64,000 bases of DNA from Giardia intestinalis (lineage: Eukaryota). The stretch lies in assembly GCA_000002435.2 (NCBI GenBank), contig CM018791.1; one strand, 5' to 3'. The notes beneath the pieces were generated by a model. It was not told where the DNA came from, did not search any database, and saw nothing but the letters and a program-made list of their open reading frames with translations. Both the position numbers and the translations under genes were made by a program. This document shows positions 47,795 to 57,458 of the stretch, piece after piece (the stretch's first letter is position 1; each line of letters begins with the position of its first letter).

Positions 47795-50700
47795 TTACGG
47801 TTCAAACCGTTCAAGGAGCTGCACACAGGCTGCGTGTCCCTTACTCAGAGCAATAATTCGCGCCGTTACCCCATCGTTTCGTCGCGCTCCAGCTTCATGA
47901 GGGGCAAGCAGTTCAACAATCGTGTGATGCCCTGCACGGGCTGCCATCATGAGCGCGGTTGTGCCGTCCTGCGTGCGTAGACATTGCTCCTTTTTGAGCA
48001 AGAGGGAGCAAACCTCTATAGCACCGGCTTGAGCTGCTAACATCAAGGCGCTGTGCCCCACCCCTGACTGCCTACCAGCTTCAGAGTTCAAAAGGAGAGA
48101 GGCTATCTCTGTATTGCCAGCCCTTGCTGCAAACATAAGGGCGGTAGAGCCGTTGTTTGTCATGATTCCCCGTTCACATGGCTCCAGCATTTGACAGATA
48201 GCGACAGATCCATTTTCAGAAGCCATCATGAGTGCGGTCGCTCCCTGGCAATTTGTCATCGCTGCCTCTGTGCTCAGCAGCAATTTTACTGCCGCTAGTC
48301 GCTTGTTTTGTGCAGCCAACATGAGCGCCGTTGAGCCATTGACGTTTTGCATTTTTCCTTCATAGCTCTTGAGGAGTTCCACTGCGTCGAGGAAGCCATT
48401 TTGGGCTGCCATCATCAGCGCAGTCCACCCGTTATCTAGACGCCTTCCAGCTTCATAGTCAGCCAAGATACGTACGCAGCTGGTGTGCCTATTCTGTATC
48501 GCATACATCAAGGCAGTTGCCCCGTTGCTGCGCGTGTAGTTGGCCTCGTGTGGCGCTAAAATCTCAACAATTTCTGTATACCCGCGCTTTGCAGCAAGCA
48601 TGAGGGCCGTGTAGTAGTTTGCATTCCTCAAGCCAGCTTCCAGGGGGGCCAGCCGAGAGACGACCTCTATGTGACCTAGTTCCGTTGCAATCATTAGCGC
48701 AGACATTGATCTGTGATTGAGCAATCCAGCCTCCTTTTTCATCAAAATAGAAACACAATCTACATGGTTGTGTACTGCAGCCCGCATGAGTGCAGTCCAA
48801 CCAGAGGTGGTGGCCTGACCTGCCTCACGGGGCTCCAGCAGGCGAACAATCTCTGTATTGCCCCTATCAGCAGCCACTATGAGTGCAGTTTTCTTGGACT
48901 TACCGAACTGAGCACCGGAATAGTTAAGATTTCTTGCCGAGGCGGCTACATCATTCGTCAAGACCGCAGAGAGCAGAGGATTGCAACCAGGTTTATCCAC
49001 GGGGATCATCTTTGCCTGTTGCGCATCGGCTGTCTTCTGGATAGCAAACTCCTCACAGGATAAGTCGGCCATATCCATTCCGGGGCTCTGAACCCTTGTT
49101 GCGTCCGGAAAATCGCTTGATACGGAGTCCATTTCCAGCGACAGCGTTGTAAAGTCAATGGTTGTTGCCCCCCATGGGTTAGCTGTCGGGACAGGTTTTG
49201 TAGGAACGGCTGAGATGGGCCGTTTCGGTAGTCTGGCACTACTTCGTCGAGCCTCCGGCTCATATCCATCATACCTCTTGTCCATTTCAATAGTACGTCG
49301 AAGCGAATTAAAGGATTTGTTACCCGTAGATCCATTGGAAAGAACGCTTGTATTTGCAGATCTAGCAGTTGGTGGCGACCGTATTGGTTTCAGAAGCTCT
49401 GTGGATGATGAGAAAGAACATATAGTACCTGCATGAGTAGCGGTCCTTTCCATCGAAACTAGTGCTTGTGGTGTTGCTGTGACCATATGTGATAAGTGCT
49501 CATTTCTAGGGGAAAGAGTATGTGGTTGGCTTTCTTCTTTAATGACACCAATTGAAAGTCTGTCCTCCCCAGAATTTTGATAGCCCGTTATCAAAACACT
49601 GCTTCGATGTATTTGGTCTGTGTCGGCTGCTTGGGTTTTGTTGAGTGATTGTGACTCCTTTGTGAATAGATCTATTTCGGCTCCCTCATCTAATAGCTTA
49701 ATAACCTCTATTTCGTTGAGCCTACGCGCATAGTCAACTGCTTTCTGGTTAGTTTCATCGACTAGGTGGCCCTCTTCTAATAAGAACGGAATAACCTGCT
49801 TGTTTCCTACGAGCACAGCGATCATAAGAGCGGTGAGGCTGCTTTTAGTCTGCCTGCTAACATCACGAAACAGGCATTTCCTTGCTATTGTCATGTTGAA
49901 AGACGCTACTGCAATCATAAGCTCAGTGAATCCATCGTTGTAAAGAAGCTCCAGTTCGTGTGGGACAAGAAGCTCCAGTAGGGCCCGATTTCCTTGCAGG
50001 ATTGCTTGTCTTGATGCATAATTGCCGGAAAGATCGGTATACTTTGTCTCTAGCGGAATAAGCAGCTTGGCGATCGCTGGAAGCTCGTATCTGAGTGCTT
50101 TGATGAGCGCTGTTTCGCCAGATGAGTCTCGTGCCCCCGCTTCCATGGTTGCTAGCATTGCAGCGGCTGTAATATTTCCGGATTCTATTGCGTGCATGAG
50201 AGCTGTCTTTCCCTCGTTATCAGCTTTTCGGGCTTGAGATTGTAATAAGGGTATAGCCTGTGAAAAGCCCTCAAGTGCAGCACGCATCAAGGCTGTTTTG
50301 CCGGAGGCATCTGCCAGTGTCCCCTCAAACTTTGCCAAGAGCCGCACTGCAGGCTCCTTTCTAGCACGAATGGCGTGCATGAGAGCTGTATCGCCTTTCT
50401 CATCTCTAATTCCTGCTTCATGCTTGACCAATTCATGCAGTATATCGAGGTTTTCTGAGCAGTGCACCGCTACCATCATGGCAGTCAGGCCCCTCTTTGT
50501 ACGCATTGCTTTGTAGCGTTGCAATTGAGATGAAATAGACGCCTTGCCATCCAACGCTGCAGAAATCATCAACGGTGTGAAGCCGTCTCCTTTCAAAAGA
50601 CCCGACTCCTTAATGTAAAGCGCCTTAAACACAACAGGATTGTTGTGCAAGATAGAAAAGAGTGTTGCATACACTCCACTACTATCAACTAGACCGTGCT

Positions 50701-52408
50701 CAGAGCGAGCAAGGAGACACGCCACCTCCGAGTGTCCATGTTCAATTGCATGCATAAGAGCAGTCTTTCCTTGTGCGTCCTGGAAGCGTGCATAAAAAGG
50801 GATCAAAGAGTATACACCAATCAAGTCATTAGCCATTGCTGCGCTAATAAGTGGTGTGCGATCGTCGCCGTAGATAAACGCACGCTCTTGATTACGTACA
50901 ACTGACTCAGAGAAGGTGTCGTCATTGACTGCAACTCCCTCTATATTCAACAACATATCTGCAATCTGATAATTCCTATGCAGCAATGCATAGTAGAGGG
51001 CAGTTTCCCCTGTTTTCAGTGCACAGCCTGCTTCATCATTAATAGAAAGCCTAGCAAGATCCTCGTCACCGGCAATGGCTGCTTTCATGAGCGTCGTAGG
51101 GGTGTCAACAATCTGATATGACGGTTTCTTAATGAACGGATAATTTGCAAGGTACTCGAACTGCCGATGTTCCCTCTTGGGGTGCGGTGGAGAAGAAGCA
51201 GATCTCTTAGATTCGTCTAGGTATTGGCGAGGAAGGATGGGAGTTAGTTGACCCGTGTCCACAAGGATCCGTGACGGACTTGCGGGCCGTGCTGATTTTG
51301 GTGCCAAGGTAGATACCGGTTCTGGGGTAGATTTGGCGTTCCTATTTACTGAAAGCGATTCAATAGGAGCCGTAAAGATATTATGGAGATCCACGCTTCC
51401 CCTATCAATGCCTTGCGGAGTGGTGTCCTCGGCAGCAAGGGAGCAATCCGAAGCATTATGCTTTAGAGCAGAGAGATACGAGGGCCCACGTGTTAGAAAA
51501 CTCTCACAATCAGTGTTATATCGAGAGCTGATCAGCTCAGTCTGCTGATTAAGGGACTCTGCAACCTCAGCGGCAAAAGTTGGATGAACGTCGCGAATTT
51601 GGGGCATGTCGATTAAATCAGAGAGTCCCAAGCGTGGCTTCTTGGTTATGTCAAGCAAGCTTTTACATAGCGTGCACAGTTCGCGGGTATGTAGAGGAAA
51701 AAAGACCTGCTCTGCAGGACAGGATGGCCATGGGCCAATAGGCGAATAATAGTTGTATGGAGTAAGAAGACACAGTTCATATATAAGGAGACCGATTAGA
51801 TAGAGATTACGCTGTTCTATGGTACTAAATGATGCCCCTGGGACATAGCAGTCGTAGAGTGAGGTCTTTTCCACTATCTGTTCTGGCCCATCATTCCGAG
51901 CATACGTAAAGGATCTGACGTATAGCTTTTTGCTCTTGTCCACCATTATTTCTCGTGGATCTAGAGAAATAAAGTCAATGTGCTCATCATCCGCAAAGTA
52001 TTGCTTGTGCGGCAAAAGGATGAACTGCAACAGATCTAAAAGGTCAGCTATAAAGCCCCAGATAGTCTTTTCCTCAATATGTGTACCCCGTTCACGTGCA
52101 TCGCTGATAAGACAGGCGAGTGTTTCCGATTGTACATAAGCTGTAATAACATACATAATTTTCGAATCGTTGGAGAAGCGGATCTCCTTGTAGGCAGGAA
52201 CATTAGGGTGCGAGATTTTCTGCAAGATAGAGATCTCGTTGTCCACTGCGAGGCGCTCTGTGGGCCCCAACAGGAAGAGCAGGAATTTACGGGCTGCAAC
52301 AGTCTTGCCGTCGCTTTTCCGACGCGCGGTGTAGGTGGTGGACACGTCATCACGAAAAACTAGGTGCCGCACATCGTAGTTGTTTTCAAAGGAGGTCCAA
52401 GTGTTCAT
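47795..52408 (-). CDS. NEK-like kinase plus a long ankyrin-repeat array, 1537 aa. It is predicted to be a pseudokinase.
   Basis: ATG confirmed. The N-terminal about 280 aa have a kinase fold (VAARKF..., ISHPNV, ...), but the catalytic loop is degenerate (ISLDPREIM in place of HRDLKPxN). More than 25 ankyrin repeats with the (G/S)xTALM.AA signature follow, with a Ser/Thr-rich linker. Confidence 0.7.
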   Translation of the reverse strand: MNTWTSFENNYDVRHLVFRDDVSTTYTARRKSDGKTVAARKFLLFLLGPTERLAVDNEISILQKISHPNVPAYKEIRFSNDSKIMYVITAYVQSETLACLISDARERGTHIEEKTIWGFIADLLDLLQFILLPHKQYFADDEHIDFISLDPREIMVDKSKKLYVRSFTYARNDGPEQIVEKTSLYDCYVPGASFSTIEQRNLYLIGLLIYELCLLTPYNYYSPIGPWPSCPAEQVFFPLHTRELCTLCKSLLDITKKPRLGLSDLIDMPQIRDVHPTFAAEVAESLNQQTELISSRYNTDCESFLTRGPSYLSALKHNASDCSLAAEDTTPQGIDRGSVDLHNIFTAPIESLSVNRNAKSTPEPVSTLAPKSARPASPSRILVDTGQLTPILPRQYLDESKRSASSPPHPKREHRQFEYLANYPFIKKPSYQIVDTPTTLMKAAIAGDEDLARLSINDEAGCALKTGETALYYALLHRNYQIADMLLNIEGVAVNDDTFSESVVRNQERAFIYGDDRTPLISAAMANDLIGVYSLIPFYARFQDAQGKTALMHAIEHGHSEVACLLARSEHGLVDSSGVYATLFSILHNNPVVFKALYIKESGLLKGDGFTPLMISAALDGKASISSQLQRYKAMRTKRGLTAMMVAVHCSENLDILHELVKHEAGIRDEKGDTALMHAIRARKEPAVRLLAKFEGTLADASGKTALMRAALEGFSQAIPLLQSQARKADNEGKTALMHAIESGNITAAAMLATMEAGARDSSGETALIKALRYELPAIAKLLIPLETKYTDLSGNYASRQAILQGNRALLELLVPHELELLYNDGFTELMIAVASFNMTIARKCLFRDVSRQTKSSLTALMIAVLVGNKQVIPFLLEEGHLVDETNQKAVDYARRLNEIEVIKLLDEGAEIDLFTKESQSLNKTQAADTDQIHRSSVLITGYQNSGEDRLSIGVIKEESQPHTLSPRNEHLSHMVTATPQALVSMERTATHAGTICSFSSSTELLKPIRSPPTARSANTSVLSNGSTGNKSFNSLRRTIEMDKRYDGYEPEARRSSARLPKRPISAVPTKPVPTANPWGATTIDFTTLSLEMDSVSSDFPDATRVQSPGMDMADLSCEEFAIQKTADAQQAKMIPVDKPGCNPLLSAVLTNDVAASARNLNYSGAQFGKSKKTALIVAADRGNTEIVRLLEPREAGQATTSGWTALMRAAVHNHVDCVSILMKKEAGLLNHRSMSALMIATELGHIEVVSRLAPLEAGLRNANYYTALMLAAKRGYTEIVEILAPHEANYTRSNGATALMYAIQNRHTSCVRILADYEAGRRLDNGWTALMMAAQNGFLDAVELLKSYEGKMQNVNGSTALMLAAQNKRLAAVKLLLSTEAAMTNCQGATALMMASENGSVAICQMLEPCERGIMTNNGSTALMFAARAGNTEIASLLLNSEAGRQSGVGHSALMLAAQAGAIEVCSLLLKKEQCLRTQDGTTALMMAARAGHHTIVELLAPHEAGARRNDGVTARIIALSKGHAACVQLLERFEP

Positions 52409-52433
52409 TGCTTCCTAAAGCAAGTTGAGTTTT

Positions 52434-53777
52434 TTAAAGTTCCGCGAGGGGAGGCAGGAGGAATGGAAACCAGAAAGGAATATGGCACCCGTTCAGAGAG
52501 GAGTCCTTAAGCACCAGTGCAAACAAGACTCTAGAGGCGTCCTGCCAGAAAACCACAAGACTATATTTAATGCTCGAAAAGTTTATAAACAAGCTTGCGC
52601 ACCCGTCCTCAATCCTCCCTCCCAGTGTCTGCTCGGTCGTCATCATTGTTGTTATAACGTCTGAAAGGCAGCAATAAAAGTCTTTGCTCAGAATATCTGG
52701 GTCACTGCAAAGTCCCATCTCCAAATAAGCTTTGATAACGCGGTAGGAGTAATTGTTTGGCTGCCTAGTGTTGGCTTCTGCGTATGCCTGTGCTGTGGAT
52801 GCAGTGCTTTTTCTTACTACTTTGCTTCTTCTTGGAGTCTTCTGGATTGAGTACCGATAGCCAGGGCTCTCTCTAGTTAATATTGGAGTGTTGAAATACA
52901 CTATATTTGTGCTCTTTTGTTCTATCGGGGGGACTTCTCCTCGTGGAGTAGCCTTGGCCAATGTTGCAGGCTCTTGAGCCACTAGTTCCGTTTGACAGAA
53001 ATAAGGCTCGTTGGAACTGGGCATAGTATCCTTATGAGTATGACACTTTAGTACAAGCAGCTGTGCAGTCCCTGTGGGACACATTACAAGCATTATGCTA
53101 CGGAGAATATACTGACCAAACCAATCTGCTAGTATGCTAGGTAAAACTGATTCAAATCTCATGAAGCGGGACTTTATGTTAGTGCTGCATTTCTGGAGCG
53201 TCTTGTCAAAAGCCGTAGTGAAGCCAGTTCCCAGGCGCCGTACAAGGGCTAGGGCATGAAAAACGTAGTCATCTGCGTGTTCCACTAATCGGTAATCATC
53301 AACAGCACTCTCTATCCTAGATGTACCATTGATGCTGGACTCGTCAAGTGTGTCGTTGGCATCAGTGGCGTATATCGACGTTTGAAAGAGTGCATCTACA
53401 TCCTTGCTGTCGCTCAATTCGTCTTTATGAAGACATCCAACAACTAACGAGAGGTGGGCCATAGGAACCCCAAACACACCGACCGCTAGAATGGAGTGTG
53501 GACAATAAGCAAAGACAACAAGCGCATCATTGGTCACATAGTAGGTGTCTTCGTAGACGTCGGCATCCATCATATTCAGGTATAGTGACCAGTAGAGCTG
53601 TGGGGCAGACACGTTGCCAAGGAGTGCATTATGATTCCTCAACGGCGAGAATGTAAATGCTCTTGCAGGGGTCAGCACAGGCTCTAACGCTTCTTCATTC
53701 TGAGGGTGATCATCGGAAAATTCCTTTGCGAAGAGAAGAGTGCCTGAAATACGGCTTATGATGTAGAAGGCCTGCAT
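52434..53777 (-). CDS. Hypothetical protein, 447 aa.
   Basis: ATG confirmed. It is a continuous ORF packed 25 bp from the preceding gene. No motif was recognised. Confidence 0.4.
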   Translation of the reverse strand: MQAFYIISRISGTLLFAKEFSDDHPQNEEALEPVLTPARAFTFSPLRNHNALLGNVSAPQLYWSLYLNMMDADVYEDTYYVTNDALVVFAYCPHSILAVGVFGVPMAHLSLVVGCLHKDELSDSKDVDALFQTSIYATDANDTLDESSINGTSRIESAVDDYRLVEHADDYVFHALALVRRLGTGFTTAFDKTLQKCSTNIKSRFMRFESVLPSILADWFGQYILRSIMLVMCPTGTAQLLVLKCHTHKDTMPSSNEPYFCQTELVAQEPATLAKATPRGEVPPIEQKSTNIVYFNTPILTRESPGYRYSIQKTPRRSKVVRKSTASTAQAYAEANTRQPNNYSYRVIKAYLEMGLCSDPDILSKDFYCCLSDVITTMMTTEQTLGGRIEDGCASLFINFSSIKYSLVVFWQDASRVLFALVLKDSSLNGCHIPFWFPFLLPPLAEL

Positions 53778-53993
53778 GGGCCTTAAGTGAAGGAAAAATT
53801 AAAAGGGTACGGTAGCAGGTCTGAGAGCACTGCCCCGTGACCAGTGCCAGCGCGGTATGCGCAGCACCAGCCTGGCCCGAACACTGGCTCGTCGCCACCC
53901 TTGAGGTAAGTTAAAATTACCTTCAATTTTTGACCTGCTCAATTTCGTCCCAAAAATTGCGCAGGAGAGTCCTTCAGAAGAAGGTGCAGCCAA

Positions 53994-54929
53994 ATGGCGT
54001 GGCAAATACCCGGAACTACTATGCGCTACAACCCATCGTGGGTTCAGAAGATTACCCGAGAACTTGATGAGGTATCAGATGGAGCCTTTTCTGCTTTAAC
54101 CAGCCATGTTAAGGAGCAGTTGGTATTCGAAAGGTTTCTGCTTTCATCTACTGCACATTCCATTAGCCCCGATGCGTGGCAGCACATTTCCAAGAAGCTG
54201 GGAGAGGGTGGCTGTCTGCAACTATTAGGAAACAAAAGCAATGTAGTGGACCTGCTCTCGCTGGAGGAAGGATGTGACACCATTAAGAAGACATTTGCAT
54301 CGGTCGCGTACACCACACCAATAATTGTCGAAGTAGCGTCATGCGTGCCATATTATCTCTTAGGGACCACTCTACAGACGATTGACGACCCTAACATATT
54401 CGTCTACATTGGCGGTATACGTACTAGAATGCTGCTCAGGTTGCAAAGGGCCGCACATAATGGGAGGTTTAATGCGGCGTTTCTGGCTGTGGGCGCGAAG
54501 ATCTGTGTTAAGAGGTATCAAGTTAACTCGTTCCAGACGCAAAGTCTCTTCTGCCGTCGCCCGGATTGTTCTTGGATAGATGCACATTTGACTGATTGTA
54601 TTTTAATGGGCGGATATGATCGCTGGAAGGTCACATCATTGCTTAAAAATAAGGACGTTCTTTCCTTCTTAGTAGATGAGCACTTGCTTCAGATTAATCG
54701 GCTCGTTAAGAGATGTAAGAGGGCTTTGAAGAAGGGGCATGCGGGCTCTATTGCAACATATCAAATGATCAAGAACATTGCCTTCCAGGATACCATCTCC
54801 TTTCACCCTGTTCACATTACTTTGGAAGAGTTTCAAGCACGGCTACTTTCTAACGCCGACGAATCACCCGACAAAGGGACACCCACCCCCAGCACCTATA
54901 CAGATAGCAGCACCTGTACAGTCGATTAG
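53994..54929 (+). CDS. Hypothetical protein, 311 aa.
   Basis: ATG confirmed. No motif was recognised. Confidence 0.4.
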   Translation: MAWQIPGTTMRYNPSWVQKITRELDEVSDGAFSALTSHVKEQLVFERFLLSSTAHSISPDAWQHISKKLGEGGCLQLLGNKSNVVDLLSLEEGCDTIKKTFASVAYTTPIIVEVASCVPYYLLGTTLQTIDDPNIFVYIGGIRTRMLLRLQRAAHNGRFNAAFLAVGAKICVKRYQVNSFQTQSLFCRRPDCSWIDAHLTDCILMGGYDRWKVTSLLKNKDVLSFLVDEHLLQINRLVKRCKRALKKGHAGSIATYQMIKNIAFQDTISFHPVHITLEEFQARLLSNADESPDKGTPTPSTYTDSSTCTVD

Positions 54930-54947
54930 AGACACCTGCCATCACGT

Positions 54948-57305
54948 TTACATATTCTTAGGCCTATATCGCCCCGAGGCATTCATAGGAAGACCGTGTG
55001 AGCTGCTCACCTGCAGTTCTGACCCATATACACTTCCAGACGGAGACATGTAATATGAGCTGAACGAGGGAATGTGCTGCGATTGTGGTTGTGCGTGTAC
55101 ATAACTCACAGGATGCGGGCATCCTGATTGAAGGACAACAGGCTGGTACTGGCAGACCGGTTGCGGTTGCTGCACATACATTTGCTGGGGCGTGTTGGTT
55201 GCTGGATAGAACACTTGCCGAGGGGTGGAGTTGTATATAGAATTCTGTAAGAGAGAGGTATTGTGGGAAGATTGATTGTCGAGTGGAGGCGTTACATAGC
55301 TGCTCTGCTGAAATCCGGAGACATTGAGACTTGAGTTGAAAGCAGGCCTATCAATCGGGGCCTTCAGAGTAGGGGTTGCAGTTTTCCGAGGCATGTCTCC
55401 ATATTGCAGCGCCCGTAGACGTATGTCTTGGACTCCTGGGGATAGCACTCTGATTTCACTTTCTGTTGGCTGATAGTTATATGCGGGCTGGGGATAGTGC
55501 ACGGATTGTTCCTGAAGAGATGAGTTCTGCGTCGGTGTATTGGTCATGGGTGTTCCGATGTCCCTTCCGTGTCCTTTGATCATCCCCTCACGAAAAGAAC
55601 TCTGTGCATTGTGCTGATAATTTTCTCCTGCTAGTACGCCCTGAGCATTAGCGCTAGTTTTTATGTTTGTTGTTAATGTGCTGGTTGGCGGAGGAACCGA
55701 TCCGTCAACAGTAAATTCTTGTAAGTTGCCGGTTGGATGCAAGTAGCCAGTAGGTAGGCGATTGCCTGGCAGAAGGTTACCCTCGTTCAACGTGGCTCCT
55801 TGTGTGGTAACAATGCCTTCGTATGTTGGCTTTGTCACTGTAGTGACTTCCTGTCTCAAAACACTGGGCGCATCTAAGACACAAGACTCATCGACAAAGA
55901 CATCAGATGTTTGATTAGGCCTCCGTCCGCAGCACCCACCAACTGCTGTATTGCTTCGCGAGCGTGCACTGCGGCTAGCAGCCTTAGTGGATCCTTTAGA
56001 TGTGGCACGTGATGTACTCCGGGAGTTAGCTCGGGACCTCTTTTTGCGAGAAGAGGCTCTACTGTCCTCGGTGTCAGTATCTTCGGCGCCAAAGATTGTT
56101 GGATTCTTCCCTGACTTTGTCTTAGACTTGGGGGCCTTTTTGGCCGACTTCATGGATTTTCTAGATTTGCTAGTAGACGCGGTTAGCGTGCTCTCCACAT
56201 CCTCTGGATCTTTCAGCTCATCTCCGGGCTCAACCTTGCTGACCTCCATGAGGACATCTAATTGGTTGAGGACTGTGGGGACAATCCCCGTCCCTCCGCA
56301 TTGCTGGCAGTCGCAACCAGTCCCATTGCATGCTGGACAAGGTGCGCTGCCAGCTATCTGTTGCTGAGTTTCAGTTGCACAGTTGAAGTGAAGGGTCCCG
56401 GCGTTCTCTGTGGCTTCCTTGGTGTCGACATTGACGCCAACGTCGAGGTAACCTCTATACATCTGCCACATTCGTTCAACAGTTGGATGCTGTAAAATCT
56501 GAAGTGCAGAGGGGCGCCTGTCTGGAGAGTACTCAAGCATAGCAGAGACTATCTTACCCAGCTCCTCTGTATATCCTGGAAGCATGTAAGGACCAATATT
56601 TGTCCGTAGTTCTCGCAGAACCTCTGGAGCGTCTACTCCTTTGAATAGAGGCTCTCCAACACATACTTCGTAGATGGTGCACCCAAGGGCCCAGATATCA
56701 GCTTTTTCGTCGTATGCACGATTAGAGAGCATCTCGGGAGACATGTAGTTGGCCACTCCAATGCGTGTTGCTGCTACAGCCTTCCTTCCGAGAGGTTCGG
56801 CCATGCTGAATCCCCCTAAGACTACAGTGCCATCGTCTTTCAAGTAAACGGAGTCTGGATTGACATTTCGATGTAGGACGACTCCCAATTCCGGAAAGTA
56901 GGACTTGTCAGGTGTGTGACAGAAGGAGAGCACATCTGCTAGCTGCGCAATGATCATCCAGACGCTATCCTCGTCCATCCTCATGCCCTTCTCGCGCCTG
57001 GCTTTGCAATAAGCAGAAAGATTGCTGTGCTTAAAGTAGTCCGCTACTACGTACAGTATTTGAGACGCCTCATCATGTAGAATTTCATAGTATTTGATAA
57101 TGTTTGGATGCTCTAACTGGCGCGTAAGTTGAACCTCCCGTTCCACGATGGGCTGGATCTCAACAGCGACGTTGCCATAATCAATCTTCTTGCACGCAAA
57201 AAGGCCATTTGTGTTTAGATCCCTCGCCAGATACACACGGCTGTGAGATCCAACGCCTATCTGCTCTGTTAACTCATAGCGATCCGAAAGAACAATCCTG
57301 CTCAT
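54948..57305 (-). CDS. NEK-like kinase, predicted catalytically impaired, with a Cys-rich insert and a long Ser/Thr/Gln/Pro-rich C-terminal tail.
   Basis: ATG confirmed. The kinase fold is visible in YELTEQIGVGSHSRVYLARD...ACKKI...VLHRNVNPDSVYL...GGFSMAEP...YMSPE...DIWALGCTIYE. The glycine loop is GVGSHSRV, HRN replaces HRD, and GFS replaces DFG. The motif CPACNGTGCDCQQCGGTG follows the kinase domain. Confidence 0.7.
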   Translation of the reverse strand: MSRIVLSDRYELTEQIGVGSHSRVYLARDLNTNGLFACKKIDYGNVAVEIQPIVEREVQLTRQLEHPNIIKYYEILHDEASQILYVVADYFKHSNLSAYCKARREKGMRMDEDSVWMIIAQLADVLSFCHTPDKSYFPELGVVLHRNVNPDSVYLKDDGTVVLGGFSMAEPLGRKAVAATRIGVANYMSPEMLSNRAYDEKADIWALGCTIYEVCVGEPLFKGVDAPEVLRELRTNIGPYMLPGYTEELGKIVSAMLEYSPDRRPSALQILQHPTVERMWQMYRGYLDVGVNVDTKEATENAGTLHFNCATETQQQIAGSAPCPACNGTGCDCQQCGGTGIVPTVLNQLDVLMEVSKVEPGDELKDPEDVESTLTASTSKSRKSMKSAKKAPKSKTKSGKNPTIFGAEDTDTEDSRASSRKKRSRANSRSTSRATSKGSTKAASRSARSRSNTAVGGCCGRRPNQTSDVFVDESCVLDAPSVLRQEVTTVTKPTYEGIVTTQGATLNEGNLLPGNRLPTGYLHPTGNLQEFTVDGSVPPPTSTLTTNIKTSANAQGVLAGENYQHNAQSSFREGMIKGHGRDIGTPMTNTPTQNSSLQEQSVHYPQPAYNYQPTESEIRVLSPGVQDIRLRALQYGDMPRKTATPTLKAPIDRPAFNSSLNVSGFQQSSYVTPPLDNQSSHNTSLLQNSIYNSTPRQVFYPATNTPQQMYVQQPQPVCQYQPVVLQSGCPHPVSYVHAQPQSQHIPSFSSYYMSPSGSVYGSELQVSSSHGLPMNASGRYRPKNM

Positions 57306-57458
57306 ATCCTTGTCTCGCTCAAATTTTGGCAGGACTTTTTGAACAATATTCTAGTACAAAAATCACTAAATCGCCGCAATGTGAAATTCTTCCACTACTA
57401 TTTTTCCACTACTTGTGTATCGCCTTCGCCTTGGGTCCTCGTACGGCCTTTTGTCTTT

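Noticed and set aside
47790-47812. The GGTTCAAACCGTTCAAGG hairpin resembling a tRNA T-arm near the stop of the 1537-aa gene.
   Set aside because: No accompanying D-arm, anticodon arm or acceptor pairing was found. It overlaps the stop codon and looks like a chance 4-bp stem.
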